Shown in pieces: positions 25,382 through 35,976 of a DNA stretch of 64,000 bases. The number at the start of each line of letters is the position of its first letter. Position 1 is the stretch's first letter. The notes below the pieces were generated by a model that was not told the origin of the DNA, searched no databases, and saw only the letters and a list, made by a program, of their open reading frames with translations. Position numbers and translations under genes: made by a program. Source of the DNA: a virus; the IMG/VR virus record IMGVR_UViG_3300042380_000637, positions 3,921 through 67,920 of that record; one strand, written 5' to 3'.

Positions 25382-25840
25382 ACAGCCAGCCATACTGCGG
25401 CGAGATTCGCGATGTCCGCGAGCGTTTACATTTCCCTCAAAACTTTGGAAGAACGATTCTTCTGGATACACCGTATACACCATCCCGACATGGCCTATTC
25501 TACCTAACTGTTTATTGTAAACCGTAAACAAGTCGGTGGCTCTTACGGGACGTAAGCCTATACGCCGGGATTGTTTTGCCCATGACATAGCCATTCCGTT
25601 TGCCCCATTATACGGTAGGCCACATTTCTTCCACAAGTATATCATTGTATAGCTGCACCACGCTTGTCCGGGTATGCCTCCTGCATAACGAATGATGCTG
25701 TCCACGCGAGGCCCACGGTTGTTTATCGGGCCTTCACGCGTTCCAATTAAACGCTTTGCTTGCTCTTTAACACAAGCTATTTGAGCGCCACTAAAGCCGC
25801 TATAAGCAAGTGCAAGCCATAAGAAAATAATGCGAGCCAC
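25331..25840 (-). CDS. CHAP/NlpC-P60-type endolysin with N-terminal signal-like segment
   Basis: GTREG..NRG, AWCSY, GHVG and FEGN catalytic motifs. Confidence 0.8.
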   Translation of the reverse strand: MARIIFLWLALAYSGFSGAQIACVKEQAKRLIGTREGPINNRGPRVDSIIRYAGGIPGQAWCSYTMIYLWKKCGLPYNGANGMAMSWAKQSRRIGLRPVRATDLFTVYNKQLGRIGHVGMVYTVYPEESFFQSFEGNVNARGHRESRRSMAGCLIRQYDICSGIFRWIP

Positions 25841-26145
25841 AGTGTCTGAAAGTGGTTGTCTTTTATTATGTTTGAACGTAGCTTGCCTGCTGCACGGTCT
25901 CCAAATATAGCCTTAAACAACGCTGGCGTGTTGATGCGAAAACCAAGCGTCCCAAGCACTATTACAATGTAATACCGAGAAGGAGTGGACAGCATATCAA
26001 CATATCTTCCTATTGGATATAGTGCTGCGGCCTCATCGTGAAGCCAAACGCTTGTGTAGTTGTATAACAGGAGAAACCCTAAAAAATATACAGGAGCAAG
26101 CAGGGCTTCATGCCACTCGACCAAAAAGTCTTTTATCTTGTTCAT
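25777..26145 (-). CDS. three-TM membrane protein (holin-like)
   Basis: three hydrophobic helices; adjacent to the endolysin. Confidence 0.55.
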   Translation of the reverse strand: MNKIKDFLVEWHEALLAPVYFLGFLLLYNYTSVWLHDEAAALYPIGRYVDMLSTPSRYYIVIVLGTLGFRINTPALFKAIFGDRAAGKLRSNIIKDNHFQTLWLALFSYGLHLLIAALVALK

Positions 26146-26269
26146 CGTCCTTGACCTTTATACTTTTTAATGCCCTTATGCTTTGGGCCAAATGATTTTT
26201 GATGCTTCCCTTCACGGCGCTTGCCGAATGTAAGCTTTATGTTTGCTGTTGCTTTACCTGATGCCTTCT

Positions 26270-26470
26270 TCATTTCTTAGCTGTTTTAGCTGCCTGTTTA
26301 AATTGCTCTGAAGTAGGTGCGCCTTTTTCTCCGGGCTTTCGCATACGCTCCCCGCTGCCAGCAGCAATGCGTTCACGTTTTGCGTGTATATTATAGTATA
26401 AGCCGTTCTTAGCTTTCATCTTCCTGCTTGCGTACACTTCAGCAAGCTTGTCCTTCCCGCAGCTTTTCAT
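26270..26470 (-). CDS. small basic phage protein
   Basis: GLYYNIHAKRERIAAGSGERMRKPG..GAPT motif, common in aquatic phages. Confidence 0.65.
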   Translation of the reverse strand: MKSCGKDKLAEVYASRKMKAKNGLYYNIHAKRERIAAGSGERMRKPGEKGAPTSEQFKQAAKTAKK

Positions 26471-26829
26471 TTTGTTTGTTTTTTATAGATTTTGTCTTTT
26501 TCTGCAATCCTCTGAGCTATCATATAATTCAAATGCGCAATGCCCGGAGTCGCAATAACTGTTGTATCTTGTTCTACTGGTATTACATCCACTTGTTTTT
26601 TTCCAATCATTACCCCTTCCTCCGCCTTCTCGGCATCTGGATTGCGCTTCAATGGCTGCAGTTTCTCAACAAATCTATCAACAGCTTTGTAGTCTTTCTT
26701 CTGTATAAGCTCGCGCACATGCGCTGTGTGAGATTTTGGGATTACGGCCATTATGCCTTTGCTACTTTTTATAAGTAGCTCTCCGCCTTCGACTTCTAAC
26801 TTAGTCTTTTCTGCCATATCCTTATACAT
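26467..26829 (-). CDS. hypothetical protein (EVEGGE motif)
   Basis: LEVEGGELLI; coupled ORF. Confidence 0.6.
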   Translation of the reverse strand: MYKDMAEKTKLEVEGGELLIKSSKGIMAVIPKSHTAHVRELIQKKDYKAVDRFVEKLQPLKRNPDAEKAEEGVMIGKKQVDVIPVEQDTTVIATPGIAHLNYMIAQRIAEKDKIYKKQTK

Positions 26830-27829
26830 TTACATTGTAACGAGCCAGCCGCGCCATAGTTTCTTCCCGCATGGGGACTTGAGCGTAGAACAAATCTTCT
26901 TGAGGCGTGTCTGCCGGGCCTTCATTACTTCCTCCACTTGCCCCGCCAAATGCTATAGGACCACCACCACCTCCTTGTACAGCCGCCTCCGTTGATTTTG
27001 TATTAAACATCCCCGAAGGCATTCCTCCTCTGGAAGGTGGTGTATATGTGGGCATTTGAGGAGCGCGTTGATTAAGCACAGGGCTAAGAATGCTATATCC
27101 CCTTCCTGCATATGCCCCCACTTTTGCAAGCGTTTGAAGGGCTTGATAGTTTTTGGCCGCTCCTCCACTTTTTCCGGTCATGGATAGGCCAGCCTTACTC
27201 ATGCCCGGAGTTTTTGCACCATACCCCTTATTACCAAAAAACATCCCAGCTACAGCTCCAGCGGCGGGGAGCCACACACCAACTTGCTGGGCAAGTTTGC
27301 TATCTGGGCTTCCTTTAGATACACCCGCACCAACACCTTTTGCGCCTTGTTGTATAGCACTGCCCGTGGTTGCACCTCCAGTTAGCACGCCTCCAGTGAC
27401 AGCGCCCGCAGTAGTGCCGTATCCACGCAAGCTGTCTTGCTCGCGCTTTTCATCCTCCGTGCTTCCGCCAACATCCTGTAAAGCTTTATATCCCCAATCC
27501 GTAAGCGGGTCTGTAGCGCCAAATGTAAGAGTGTCAAGTAAGCCCTCTCCAATACCATATGCCGTAGCTCCAAGATTTTTCCAAAACCTGCCCCAACTTG
27601 CAATATCATCAGCATCGTCTACGCCAGAAATTCTACGGACATAACCATCATTCACCTCCAAATCTATTCCCCCCTTCTCATGGCTCTTGCCTTTGAATGT
27701 CGTTACTATTTCCCACTCTCCTCCGCCAACGAATTTGTCACCCTCGTTTTTATATATCGCTTTTCCGCGCATAGCTGCCTGCATGCCGCGAATGTGCCTC
27801 ATCTTATCAACTAATGGTGTTGCGTTCAT
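26822..27829 (-). CDS. Gly/Ala-rich putative virion/membrane protein
   Basis: GKSHEKGG motif and glycine-zipper-like hydrophobic segments. Confidence 0.65.
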   Translation of the reverse strand: MNATPLVDKMRHIRGMQAAMRGKAIYKNEGDKFVGGGEWEIVTTFKGKSHEKGGIDLEVNDGYVRRISGVDDADDIASWGRFWKNLGATAYGIGEGLLDTLTFGATDPLTDWGYKALQDVGGSTEDEKREQDSLRGYGTTAGAVTGGVLTGGATTGSAIQQGAKGVGAGVSKGSPDSKLAQQVGVWLPAAGAVAGMFFGNKGYGAKTPGMSKAGLSMTGKSGGAAKNYQALQTLAKVGAYAGRGYSILSPVLNQRAPQMPTYTPPSRGGMPSGMFNTKSTEAAVQGGGGGPIAFGGASGGSNEGPADTPQEDLFYAQVPMREETMARLARYNVNV

Positions 27830-28413
27830 TTAACGATGATGGAATTAAGTGATATAACAGCTCCAGATGGATTGCTCATAAAAGCATTTGTAACAAGCGG
27901 CCTCTTGGTCCAAAACTTCCACCACCTATTTCTTTTTCCTTTGCTAACAGATATTCTTATTGTATCGCTAAGGGTGATGCCACCAAACAAACTGTCTCCT
28001 CTGGTGTATAGCTTGCCCGTGCCAAAGGCAGAGGACATAGTATACACCTTTTCCAGCTTATTAATAATGATTGTGTCACGGGACTTTAAAACAACAGGCA
28101 CAGCGTATTTTAATCCAGCCTTTGTATACGATTCAATCCCGCTAAGCTTTACGCCAAAGTTGTTTTTAATTTGCTTGATTTCTTTTTCAAGCACCTTGGT
28201 TGTAACATCTTCAGACAACACAATCGTGCCAACTGTTGCACGGATTTGTTTTAGTTCATTCCTGCTTGTGTCTATTGACGCATCAAGAGCGGTTTGAAGC
28301 CCAGACACATCTTGCTTTAAAATGCGATTTTCTTCCCGTATAGCGCAGTAACTATATATCATGCCGCATATTACTACGGCAATCATTCCTATAATTATTG
28401 CGTTTGTATTCAT
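27826..28413 (-). CDS. putative spanin-like protein
   Basis: N-terminal TM, coiled coil, DTI repeats, RWWKFW near the C-terminus. Confidence 0.55.
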   Translation of the reverse strand: MNTNAIIIGMIAVVICGMIYSYCAIREENRILKQDVSGLQTALDASIDTSRNELKQIRATVGTIVLSEDVTTKVLEKEIKQIKNNFGVKLSGIESYTKAGLKYAVPVVLKSRDTIIINKLEKVYTMSSAFGTGKLYTRGDSLFGGITLSDTIRISVSKGKRNRWWKFWTKRPLVTNAFMSNPSGAVISLNSIIVK

Positions 28414-28658
28414 CGCAGGTCATCGCTGGTTACAGGCTCGCCCTTTATCCATTTTTTAAATACTGGGATGAGGCGCGATACGCCCCATATGATTGCTATA
28501 ATGTTAAGCACAAACTGAAGAATCGGATTCCAGTCGCGTGCAATAGTAGATAGCCATTCGTGTATTGGCTCGTAAAATGTGATGTACAATATCAAAGGAC
28601 TGTCCTTTACTATATCGTATACATGCATCTTAGCTTTGATGATTTCGTCAAGTTTCAT
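28410..28658 (-). CDS. putative holin / small membrane protein
   Basis: 82 aa with hydrophobic helices and a basic C-terminus. Confidence 0.5.
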   Translation of the reverse strand: MKLDEIIKAKMHVYDIVKDSPLILYITFYEPIHEWLSTIARDWNPILQFVLNIIAIIWGVSRLIPVFKKWIKGEPVTSDDLR

Positions 28659-28867
28659 TTTTTATAATAAAAGCGATAAAAGCAAAGCCAATAATTGATG
28701 GTAAACAGGGCGCTAATCCAAATTACGGTGGGAATTTGTTTGTGAGTAATTCCCGTATATAATCCGTATACACCAGCGATTGCGCTAAGGATGCTTAAAA
28801 ACACCGTCATGCATTCTTGGAAAATAACGCCCCGTTTTCCCATTGCTAATTTAAGAAATGTATACAA
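28655..28867 (-). CDS. small two-TM membrane protein
   Basis: two hydrophobic helices. Confidence 0.5.
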   Translation of the reverse strand: MYTFLKLAMGKRGVIFQECMTVFLSILSAIAGVYGLYTGITHKQIPTVIWISALFTINYWLCFYRFYYKK

Positions 28868-29261
28868 AAAAATCTCCGAGATTTTCTTTTACATCTTCCC
28901 ATTCGGCAACCTGCCCTTTTGGAAGTAAGGCAATAATATCTGCATAGTTAATTTGGTTAAAGTCATCAAGCTCCACCTCCTTTTCCATAAGATTTTTATA
29001 CGCCTTTCTAAAAGCTCTTTCTCCGTCTACGGTCCATTGCAACTGTCCGTTTTCGCGCAGGATTTTTTGTCCTTCTTTCATGCAAAAATCAAGGCGCAGG
29101 TCTTCAATCATTTCCTGCAACTCTTCCATTTTCGCATTCATTTTTTTTGAAAGCTTTGACAATCTTCCAATTACAGCAAAATCCTCTGTAGAGAGATTGA
29201 GCTTGCCCACTGCCTCATTAAAATTTTGAAGCACCACGATGTTTTTATACTTAACCTTCAT
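28851..29261 (-). CDS. hypothetical helical protein (possible tail chaperone)
   Basis: 136-aa ORF; TATATTTG box at 29285-29292. Confidence 0.6.
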   Translation of the reverse strand: MKVKYKNIVVLQNFNEAVGKLNLSTEDFAVIGRLSKLSKKMNAKMEELQEMIEDLRLDFCMKEGQKILRENGQLQWTVDGERAFRKAYKNLMEKEVELDDFNQINYADIIALLPKGQVAEWEDVKENLGDFFVYIS

Positions 29262-29309
29262 ATATATATATATTGATTTGTTTGCAAATATAAAACAGCA
29301 CAGGAATAT

Positions 29310-29540
29310 TTACAGCCTTTTAAAGCTTACGGCTAAGCTTTTTATACTTTTTTTGCCACGACATCCCCACGCCTTGCGTGAGAGGTCATTGGCGCAGGGA
29401 GGGTTGGCGCATTTCTTTATGCCCGAAGAACGGGCGCAGTAGTTGTCTCCCTTTGGCGTTCCGGGGGAGATGCTGTAGCCCTTCGCTCCGAAGGAACGGG
29501 TCTTGCCATTAATCGTTGCTGTGTACTTTTTTTCTGCCAT
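29310..29540 (-). CDS. small basic phage protein
   Basis: SFGAKGY...DNYCARS...LSRKAWGC. Confidence 0.65.
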   Translation of the reverse strand: MAEKKYTATINGKTRSFGAKGYSISPGTPKGDNYCARSSGIKKCANPPCANDLSRKAWGCRGKKSIKSLAVSFKRL

Positions 29541-29961
29541 GATTTAAAAAGGTGTTAGCCGTAGCGAGCCACGGACGTGGAAAGTTAAAGATGTAAGCAA
29601 GGCTTTGAAAGCAATTGGTGGAGTCCATGCTGCTATAGCATTTTGTGAGGTATGTCCAATAGCCAGCGTCATATTTGTTGCCTAAAAGGCTGTTGAACCT
29701 CTGCTCCGTATACCCGTATATGTTAATGACAACGAACTTGCGCTGCAGAGCCATCTGCTCTTCCTGCCACTTCTGTAATGTCTTAGTTACACGGAAGCCG
29801 GACACATCGCTCTCGCAGATGTATAGCTTGCCGTTGAAGTTGCGCACGAGTTGGCAATGGTTGTATTGACTCTTTGTAGCCCATCTGATAGCTTGCCAAT
29901 ACAGACGTTGGAGCAATGTCCCATTCTCGTTTCTCACAAGTATGATGCTCCAGTCTTGCAT
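29509..29961 (-). CDS. permuted papain-like (YiiX-type) amidase
   Basis: IRWATKSQYNH, YICES, GNKYD, NCFQ: His before Cys order. Confidence 0.6.
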   Translation of the reverse strand: MQDWSIILVRNENGTLLQRLYWQAIRWATKSQYNHCQLVRNFNGKLYICESDVSGFRVTKTLQKWQEEQMALQRKFVVINIYGYTEQRFNSLLGNKYDAGYWTYLTKCYSSMDSTNCFQSLAYIFNFPRPWLATANTFLNHGRKKVHSND

Positions 29962-29963
29962 CG

Positions 29964-30335
29964 CTAATTAAACCTACCTTGTGAGTCTGCCCAAAGAATC
30001 TTTTGCTCCGCCATTGTGGCTATAACGACAGGCACCGTAAGCATTTGTATAAAATACTCATACTCTGTCATAGCCGCTTCAGGAGAGCCGCAAGGCACAA
30101 TCACCCCGCTGGCATCCACGCAAGTGGTGTTGTCGGCAATTAGATTCACCATCTTTGGCGGAATAATATTAATAGGAACATCCTTGTCGTCAAAGTAATT
30201 CACTTGAACGGCCAAAACAACCACCTCCCCAAGAAAGGGAAGGCAATTGATTTGCAATGCGGCCATTGTTGCTGTGCGCTTGAAGCCGTATGTAGGCTCG
30301 TTGCTGATTGGTACTATGATTAAGTTGTTGCTCAT
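29964..30335 (-). CDS. hypothetical protein (tail-fibre associated)
   Basis: directly downstream of the tail fibre gene. Confidence 0.6.
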   Translation of the reverse strand: MSNNLIIVPISNEPTYGFKRTATMAALQINCLPFLGEVVVLAVQVNYFDDKDVPINIIPPKMVNLIADNTTCVDASGVIVPCGSPEAAMTEYEYFIQMLTVPVVIATMAEQKILWADSQGRFN

Positions 30336-30339
30336 ATTA

Positions 30340-33300
30340 TTAATTAATTAGTCCGTGTCCTACTGAACTTGCAAGGTCTTGATATAATGCAGCACAAAAT
30401 TCTGATAGCTGCTGCACCGTAGGAGCTGCAGGCAATGCCGCCCTGCTTGGAACAGCTGCTGGCGCAGTCCATCCTGTTCTTCTCGGCCCAACCACCTGCG
30501 TTCCTTGTATCTGAAACCTTCCCGTTGAAAGGGGCAGGTTAAGCACTGCCGTCCCTGAAAGTTTTAACACATTGTTTTGTGTGTTTTGGGTTACATTATT
30601 TGACCAAAATGAAAAATTATTAATACTTGAAAGCCACACTGTTGATACGTCTGTTGCAGAAATGCCAATTGCGTTATCATAGAAATTATTTGGGCTGCTT
30701 CCAGATTGTTGTAAAACAATTCGTGTTCCCAAACTTTTTGTTGTAGAATTTATAGATGGGTCAGCAGAGCCAGCGGTAGCAAACCTAATGTATTGATGAC
30801 TGTTAGCAGTGCTGGAAAAAAGCAAAGAAGCAATACTTGTAGTTCCAGTAACGGGTATATTTAAGCCATAACAAGAAATGCTATTTTCAAATTGTCCAAC
30901 GCTTGCAACAGCCAAGTTTGTGCTACTTTGCACATAAAATTTGATAGAAAACCCATTATTTAAACTACTACCTGATGTAAACCACATTGCGCCAGTTTCC
31001 ACGCCTATGGCCGTATCTAAAGAACTTGCAAGTGATGCCCCGGCATATAGAACTATTTTAGTTCCTGCGCTTCTATTTGCTCCTGTCACCCCAAGATTTT
31101 GGGGAGAAGCGAATCCGTGAGCACCAAAACTCATCCAAGTGATATTTAAACCTGAGTTGGTAATTAATAACTGAGGAGCTTGTACGTTTGCGGTGGTTGG
31201 ATTTATTGTAACGGAACCTGTTGCAACATTAGACACAAATGTTGGGTTTGCGGTAAATGTCGCAGCACTTGCCACAGAGAGGGCTGTGGTGTTTATTGTA
31301 ACGCCTCCGGTGAATATTTGTGCCGCCGTAAATGATTGACCCAACCCAATGTAGGCCACAGTTCCCGAAGCATTCGGGAATGTTGCGGTCCATGTACCTG
31401 TTGAAGCTCCTGCCGAAAGTGTGGTTGAAAATGTGGCCGCCGGGTTCCTTATTAAAAGCGTTCCGTCAGCATATATTTTACTCCCCGTCACCACTTGATT
31501 TGCCGTAGCAAGCACCATATTCCCCGCACCTGCCGTAGTCCAAGAAAGGTTCCCGCTTGCATCACTACTCAATATATTCCCTGCTACCGGAGCGGTGGTG
31601 GGCCATGTATAACTAAGATTGACAGACTGTGATGTAGAAGCAAGTAGCGTTGTTGTGGCAGATGTAGTTCCATTTGTAAACACAAGTGTTCCTGTTGTTG
31701 CACTTGCTGCCACCCCAATGTTTACGCCCCCATTAAATGTGGCACGGCCAGTGGAATCGTTAAACAAGGCTTTTGTTGGCTGGGCAATTATCTTCCCCGT
31801 TGCGCCAAACACGGCAAAGTTGCCTGTTGTAACCGAGCCAGCTGGCCCTACAACATCTCCTCCTCCTATAATTTCAACCCAATTAAGCGTTCCTGTGTCT
31901 GTTGATGTGAGATAGTAGCCGCTTGATGCTAATGGATAGGCATCAGGAAGCGTGTATGTTCCCGTTCCTGTCACCGATGCTGGGGCTTGCAATGTAATCG
32001 TTCCTGTAGTGCCACCTCCAAGAGCCAATGCCCCAGATGTAGTGCCGTCTTTAGGAACGCTAAGGATATTGCTTGTGTTAATTAACGCAACAGTTCCTGT
32101 GGCATCGGGAAAGGTGTAGGTTTTGTCTGTTGTGGCGCTGAATTGGAAATAACTCTCAAAGCCATCTGTTTCAAACAAGAATCCCAATTTCTTGTTAGGG
32201 CCCTTTTCCCCAAACACTGTTATATAATCTGTAAGCCCTGTCGGAACACTATTAGTAGAGTGCATATAGAAATGACCTTGCTCACTTGTGCTCCCTATCT
32301 TCGGGCCGTTAAGAGTTTTATTCGTAAAGGTTTCCGTTCCCGCAAGCGTAGCAAGAGTTCCTATTGTTGGAAGCGTAAGCGTGGTGGGGGCTGTTACTGT
32401 CAGCGTTGTGCTAAACGCTCCTATTGTGGCAAGCGTAGAGTTATTGGCAAGGGTTAGTGTAGCACTTGTTGCAGGAGCCGTTATTGTCACATTGTTAATG
32501 GAAGTGGCTGATGCCGCTCCTAATGTGGGCGTAACAAGTGATGGGCTATTAGCCAACACCACATTCCCTGTTCCTGTTGGGGCTTGCCAATTAGGTTCGC
32601 CAGCCGTGCCGCCTGATTTTAAAAAGTACCCAGCCGTTCCTGCACCAAGCCCATCCACAGTGGTTCCTGTGGCCGGATAATAGGCAAGTTGATATTGGTC
32701 TCCTGAGTCCACCGTACCGCTCCCGGTTCCAGCAGTACCCCATACAAGCCCATCGTTTGTAGCATTTGTTTTTAGTACGAATCCAGCACCTGCAAAAGCA
32801 AGACCATCCACCGTAGTGGCCCCTGTATAATACGCTACTCTTCCCGCTGTAGAACTACTAACTGTTCCGCTTCCACTTCCTGCATCATCCCATGTGAATA
32901 CAGAACCATCCCATTTTAAGAATTTATTGGGTGTGTTTGGCGCAGTGATTTGGTCCACAACATTGTTTGCGCTGCTAAACAATATCCTATTAATACTTGT
33001 AGTGGAAGGATATGTAGCTGCGGTCCATGATGGCTGTGCTGTCGTGCCATTGCTTGTGAGCATTGCTCCTACAGTGGCGCTGTTGTCAATTGTTGTTGGA
33101 GGGCTTCCTGCTCCTCCTCCCATCATAAGTTCGTTTTGACCTAATGTTCCTGAAGAGGCCCATGTAGTTGTGTTTGAAAAGTAGACTACACCCCCCGTAT
33201 TACCCGATACGGCAAGGACGGGGAGTTCAGGCGTTCCTGAATTAAAAATTAGTCCTTGCGTTCCAAAGCCCAAACTTGCGACACCAGTAATATTGTCCCA

Positions 33301-35964
33301 TACTAAATCTCCTGCTGTATTTAGAAGTTTTAAATAATTGCCCGCAGTTCCGATTGTTCCGGGCAATGTATATGTTTTGTTATCTGCTGTAGCGCTTACC
33401 TTTAATATTGTATATCCGCCTGTGCCTCCAACAAACTTTACAGCACCAGATGCGCCAGATAATTCACCCACAACAATGTTGTCTTGAAATGTCTGTTCTG
33501 CGGTGAATGTATTACTATATGCTGGGTTGATGGAAATTGTTACTGCAGCGTTTCCATTATATTGTGTTCCGCTGTTTAATTGCAATCCATTACCCACCGT
33601 AAGAGGATTTGATACAAATGCAGCTCCTCCCGGAATGTTTCCCGTAATTTTACTGCCAGCTAATCCTGTTATCCAAGATGGATTGGAATACGCTCCGTCG
33701 CTATATACGCCATTTGTAACCGTAGCGGCGTTTCCAGTAACACTTATAGGCCATATTCCTGTTGCACTGGTTCCATCAGCCTTTGGCGCTCCAATAGTGT
33801 TATAGCTAATTGTAAAGGCAGCGCTGCCATCGTATACAACCGGACTTGTATCTCCTGCTCCGCCACTATTAAAGGTGAGGTCTGACAAGCTTACTCCGGC
33901 GTTTACTAATGCCCATCCATTATTGGCATTTAGAAAATAGTCATCTTTTGTTTTGCCCGATGCTGGCGCGAAATTAGATGCTGGCACAACTCCTTGTGTT
34001 GTTCCTGTTGCTGCATCTTGCAATGGCAGCATTTCAATAACATCTGCCATAGAAAGCTCCGCAACATCATCAGTATTGCCGCTATTGTTGCCAAGAATTA
34101 TCTGGTCTGCAACTTGAGCAATCTTACCAAGGCCCACTTTGTTGTCTCCTATAGTAAACGAACCAAATGGTGTGCCGGGCGTTGTGGTGCTATCCACCGT
34201 ATATGATATATCTCCAAGAACCTCGCCCCATATAAGTCCACACGCAGGAGATGTTGCTGCAGCAAAAGGCATAAGTAAATAGCCATCATTGGGACTTGGG
34301 AGGTCAAGAGCAACCAAGTTGTTTGAGCCAGTAGATGTAATTAACCCGCCTACAGCATTTAACACAGGAGGATTGGGGCTAAGCAACCCTATAACGCCAG
34401 TTTGGCTTAGTGTAAAATCTGAACTAAGCGTAATTTCCTCCATATCACCAGAACTGGCCGACCACCTTCCAAGCAAAATTGGCCTCGTTGTATTAGAGGT
34501 GAGTGTTGGAACATTTTGAAACTTACTATATGTAACACTATCGGGCTGTATAGTAAAAACAGCAGTGTTATTCCCGGATATTTTTTGATATGTAGCACTT
34601 AGGTCGCCCCCAACAATAGATTGTTCTGCTATGCTGGAACCATTGCCTATATACATCTGGTCTCTTCCAAGACCAATCCCAAGCTTACCGTCTAATAAAC
34701 CTTTTAGCCCAGCTACTCTATCACTTGGAATGTCAAATGTTATATCATCAATTGTTATTTGACGAAATACCGGAATGCCATTTGCCCCGGTTTGAGGGCC
34801 AGCCCAAAATGTATTTTTAATTTGTGTTGCTAAACCAAATCCAACATTCACCGTAGATGCACTACCGCCCCCCGCAGCAGTAAATATTGTTGGATTTGTA
34901 GATGGTACGGTTACATTCACCGTATTTACAATACCTCCAGAAGCGGCTGTAGCAGATGTTAAACTTGTTACGCGCCCTTTTGCATCTATCTGTATTACGG
35001 GAATTGTAGTGGGGCCGCCTATAGTTGTGGCCGAATTGCCTGTATTTGGCAAGTCATCAACTTGAATAGCCCTGAACGCAGGAGTTTGTCCATTAGCGGT
35101 GGCGCTTGATGCCAAGAACAAATTCTTATTCTGCGTATTTAGGCTTATGTTGAGCGATGCGTTTGGTCCTCCTACTGCCGTATTGGTTGTTGTAAAAACG
35201 CTTAATGCATTATTTGTTAATGCGACAGTAGAAACCCCTGCCGGATTAGTATACAAATTTGCTATATTATTATTAAGCTTTTGTATAGCTACTAATATAG
35301 AATCTGTTTGACTAATGGGCGTAATTGCCATTGCCGTGCCAGTGAAACCTGTCAGCGCTTTTGTGATTACGGAAAGTCCATTAAGGGTGGGATTAGGATA
35401 ATTACCTTCCAGCTCTCCCCCCGCAGAAGCATTTGCTTGTAGTCCTGTTAAATTAGTGAGGAATACGCTATTGTCATAGGTGATGCTTGTTCCGCTTATC
35501 TTTACATATCCTGTGCCAGATAGTGCTTCTTGTTTTCCATCCACCACCGCAGTAAACTGGACATTATCTGTATAAACTCCTTGCAGATTTGCCCATGTTA
35601 TATCGGCTAAGCTTGCCTTATTTAAAATATCGGCCTTTTCCGCCTCTGTTAAATGTTGATAGTTGCCAACATTAAGACCCAGCAAATCATTGTGTATACC
35701 ACTATATGTAAGGGCATTTGCATAAGTTTGCGTTAGTGGGAAATATGGAGGAATGGGAGCATCAAGCAAATTCCCCGTATTGATTAATGTTGTAAGGGCT
35801 TTAAGCCTTACATCCTCCTCAAGTGTTGTATCATTAGCAACCGTTTTAAGGCTGCTCATCATGTTAGCTATTTCAGAATTACCAGCAGCAACGGCATTAG
35901 CTATTGCAAGAGATGCTTTAGCATTATACTCTAATAAGTTATCAAGAAAAGTTGGCGTTGGCAT
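30340..35964 (-). CDS. long tail fibre protein
   Basis: 1874 aa, G/T/S/A/N-rich with recurring fibre motifs (GSGTVSS...VAYY, TLTLP..GTLA, FQIQGTQVVGPRRTGW). Confidence 0.85.
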   Translation of the reverse strand: MPTPTFLDNLLEYNAKASLAIANAVAAGNSEIANMMSSLKTVANDTTLEEDVRLKALTTLINTGNLLDAPIPPYFPLTQTYANALTYSGIHNDLLGLNVGNYQHLTEAEKADILNKASLADITWANLQGVYTDNVQFTAVVDGKQEALSGTGYVKISGTSITYDNSVFLTNLTGLQANASAGGELEGNYPNPTLNGLSVITKALTGFTGTAMAITPISQTDSILVAIQKLNNNIANLYTNPAGVSTVALTNNALSVFTTTNTAVGGPNASLNISLNTQNKNLFLASSATANGQTPAFRAIQVDDLPNTGNSATTIGGPTTIPVIQIDAKGRVTSLTSATAASGGIVNTVNVTVPSTNPTIFTAAGGGSASTVNVGFGLATQIKNTFWAGPQTGANGIPVFRQITIDDITFDIPSDRVAGLKGLLDGKLGIGLGRDQMYIGNGSSIAEQSIVGGDLSATYQKISGNNTAVFTIQPDSVTYSKFQNVPTLTSNTTRPILLGRWSASSGDMEEITLSSDFTLSQTGVIGLLSPNPPVLNAVGGLITSTGSNNLVALDLPSPNDGYLLMPFAAATSPACGLIWGEVLGDISYTVDSTTTPGTPFGSFTIGDNKVGLGKIAQVADQIILGNNSGNTDDVAELSMADVIEMLPLQDAATGTTQGVVPASNFAPASGKTKDDYFLNANNGWALVNAGVSLSDLTFNSGGAGDTSPVVYDGSAAFTISYNTIGAPKADGTSATGIWPISVTGNAATVTNGVYSDGAYSNPSWITGLAGSKITGNIPGGAAFVSNPLTVGNGLQLNSGTQYNGNAAVTISINPAYSNTFTAEQTFQDNIVVGELSGASGAVKFVGGTGGYTILKVSATADNKTYTLPGTIGTAGNYLKLLNTAGDLVWDNITGVASLGFGTQGLIFNSGTPELPVLAVSGNTGGVVYFSNTTTWASSGTLGQNELMMGGGAGSPPTTIDNSATVGAMLTSNGTTAQPSWTAATYPSTTSINRILFSSANNVVDQITAPNTPNKFLKWDGSVFTWDDAGSGSGTVSSSTAGRVAYYTGATTVDGLAFAGAGFVLKTNATNDGLVWGTAGTGSGTVDSGDQYQLAYYPATGTTVDGLGAGTAGYFLKSGGTAGEPNWQAPTGTGNVVLANSPSLVTPTLGAASATSINNVTITAPATSATLTLANNSTLATIGAFSTTLTVTAPTTLTLPTIGTLATLAGTETFTNKTLNGPKIGSTSEQGHFYMHSTNSVPTGLTDYITVFGEKGPNKKLGFLFETDGFESYFQFSATTDKTYTFPDATGTVALINTSNILSVPKDGTTSGALALGGGTTGTITLQAPASVTGTGTYTLPDAYPLASSGYYLTSTDTGTLNWVEIIGGGDVVGPAGSVTTGNFAVFGATGKIIAQPTKALFNDSTGRATFNGGVNIGVAASATTGTLVFTNGTTSATTTLLASTSQSVNLSYTWPTTAPVAGNILSSDASGNLSWTTAGAGNMVLATANQVVTGSKIYADGTLLIRNPAATFSTTLSAGASTGTWTATFPNASGTVAYIGLGQSFTAAQIFTGGVTINTTALSVASAATFTANPTFVSNVATGSVTINPTTANVQAPQLLITNSGLNITWMSFGAHGFASPQNLGVTGANRSAGTKIVLYAGASLASSLDTAIGVETGAMWFTSGSSLNNGFSIKFYVQSSTNLAVASVGQFENSISCYGLNIPVTGTTSIASLLFSSTANSHQYIRFATAGSADPSINSTTKSLGTRIVLQQSGSSPNNFYDNAIGISATDVSTVWLSSINNFSFWSNNVTQNTQNNVLKLSGTAVLNLPLSTGRFQIQGTQVVGPRRTGWTAPAAVPSRAALPAAPTVQQLSEFCAALYQDLASSVGHGLIN

Positions 35965-35976
35965 ATTATAATCTAA

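Noticed and set aside
30340-35964. Diversity-generating retroelement targeting the tail fibre
   Set aside because: No reverse transcriptase and no template/variable repeat pair seen in the window.
31619-35971. Plus-strand ORFs opposite the tail fibre (and similar ones opposite other large genes)
   Set aside because: Antisense shadows of long genes with biased codon use; no motifs or expression signals.
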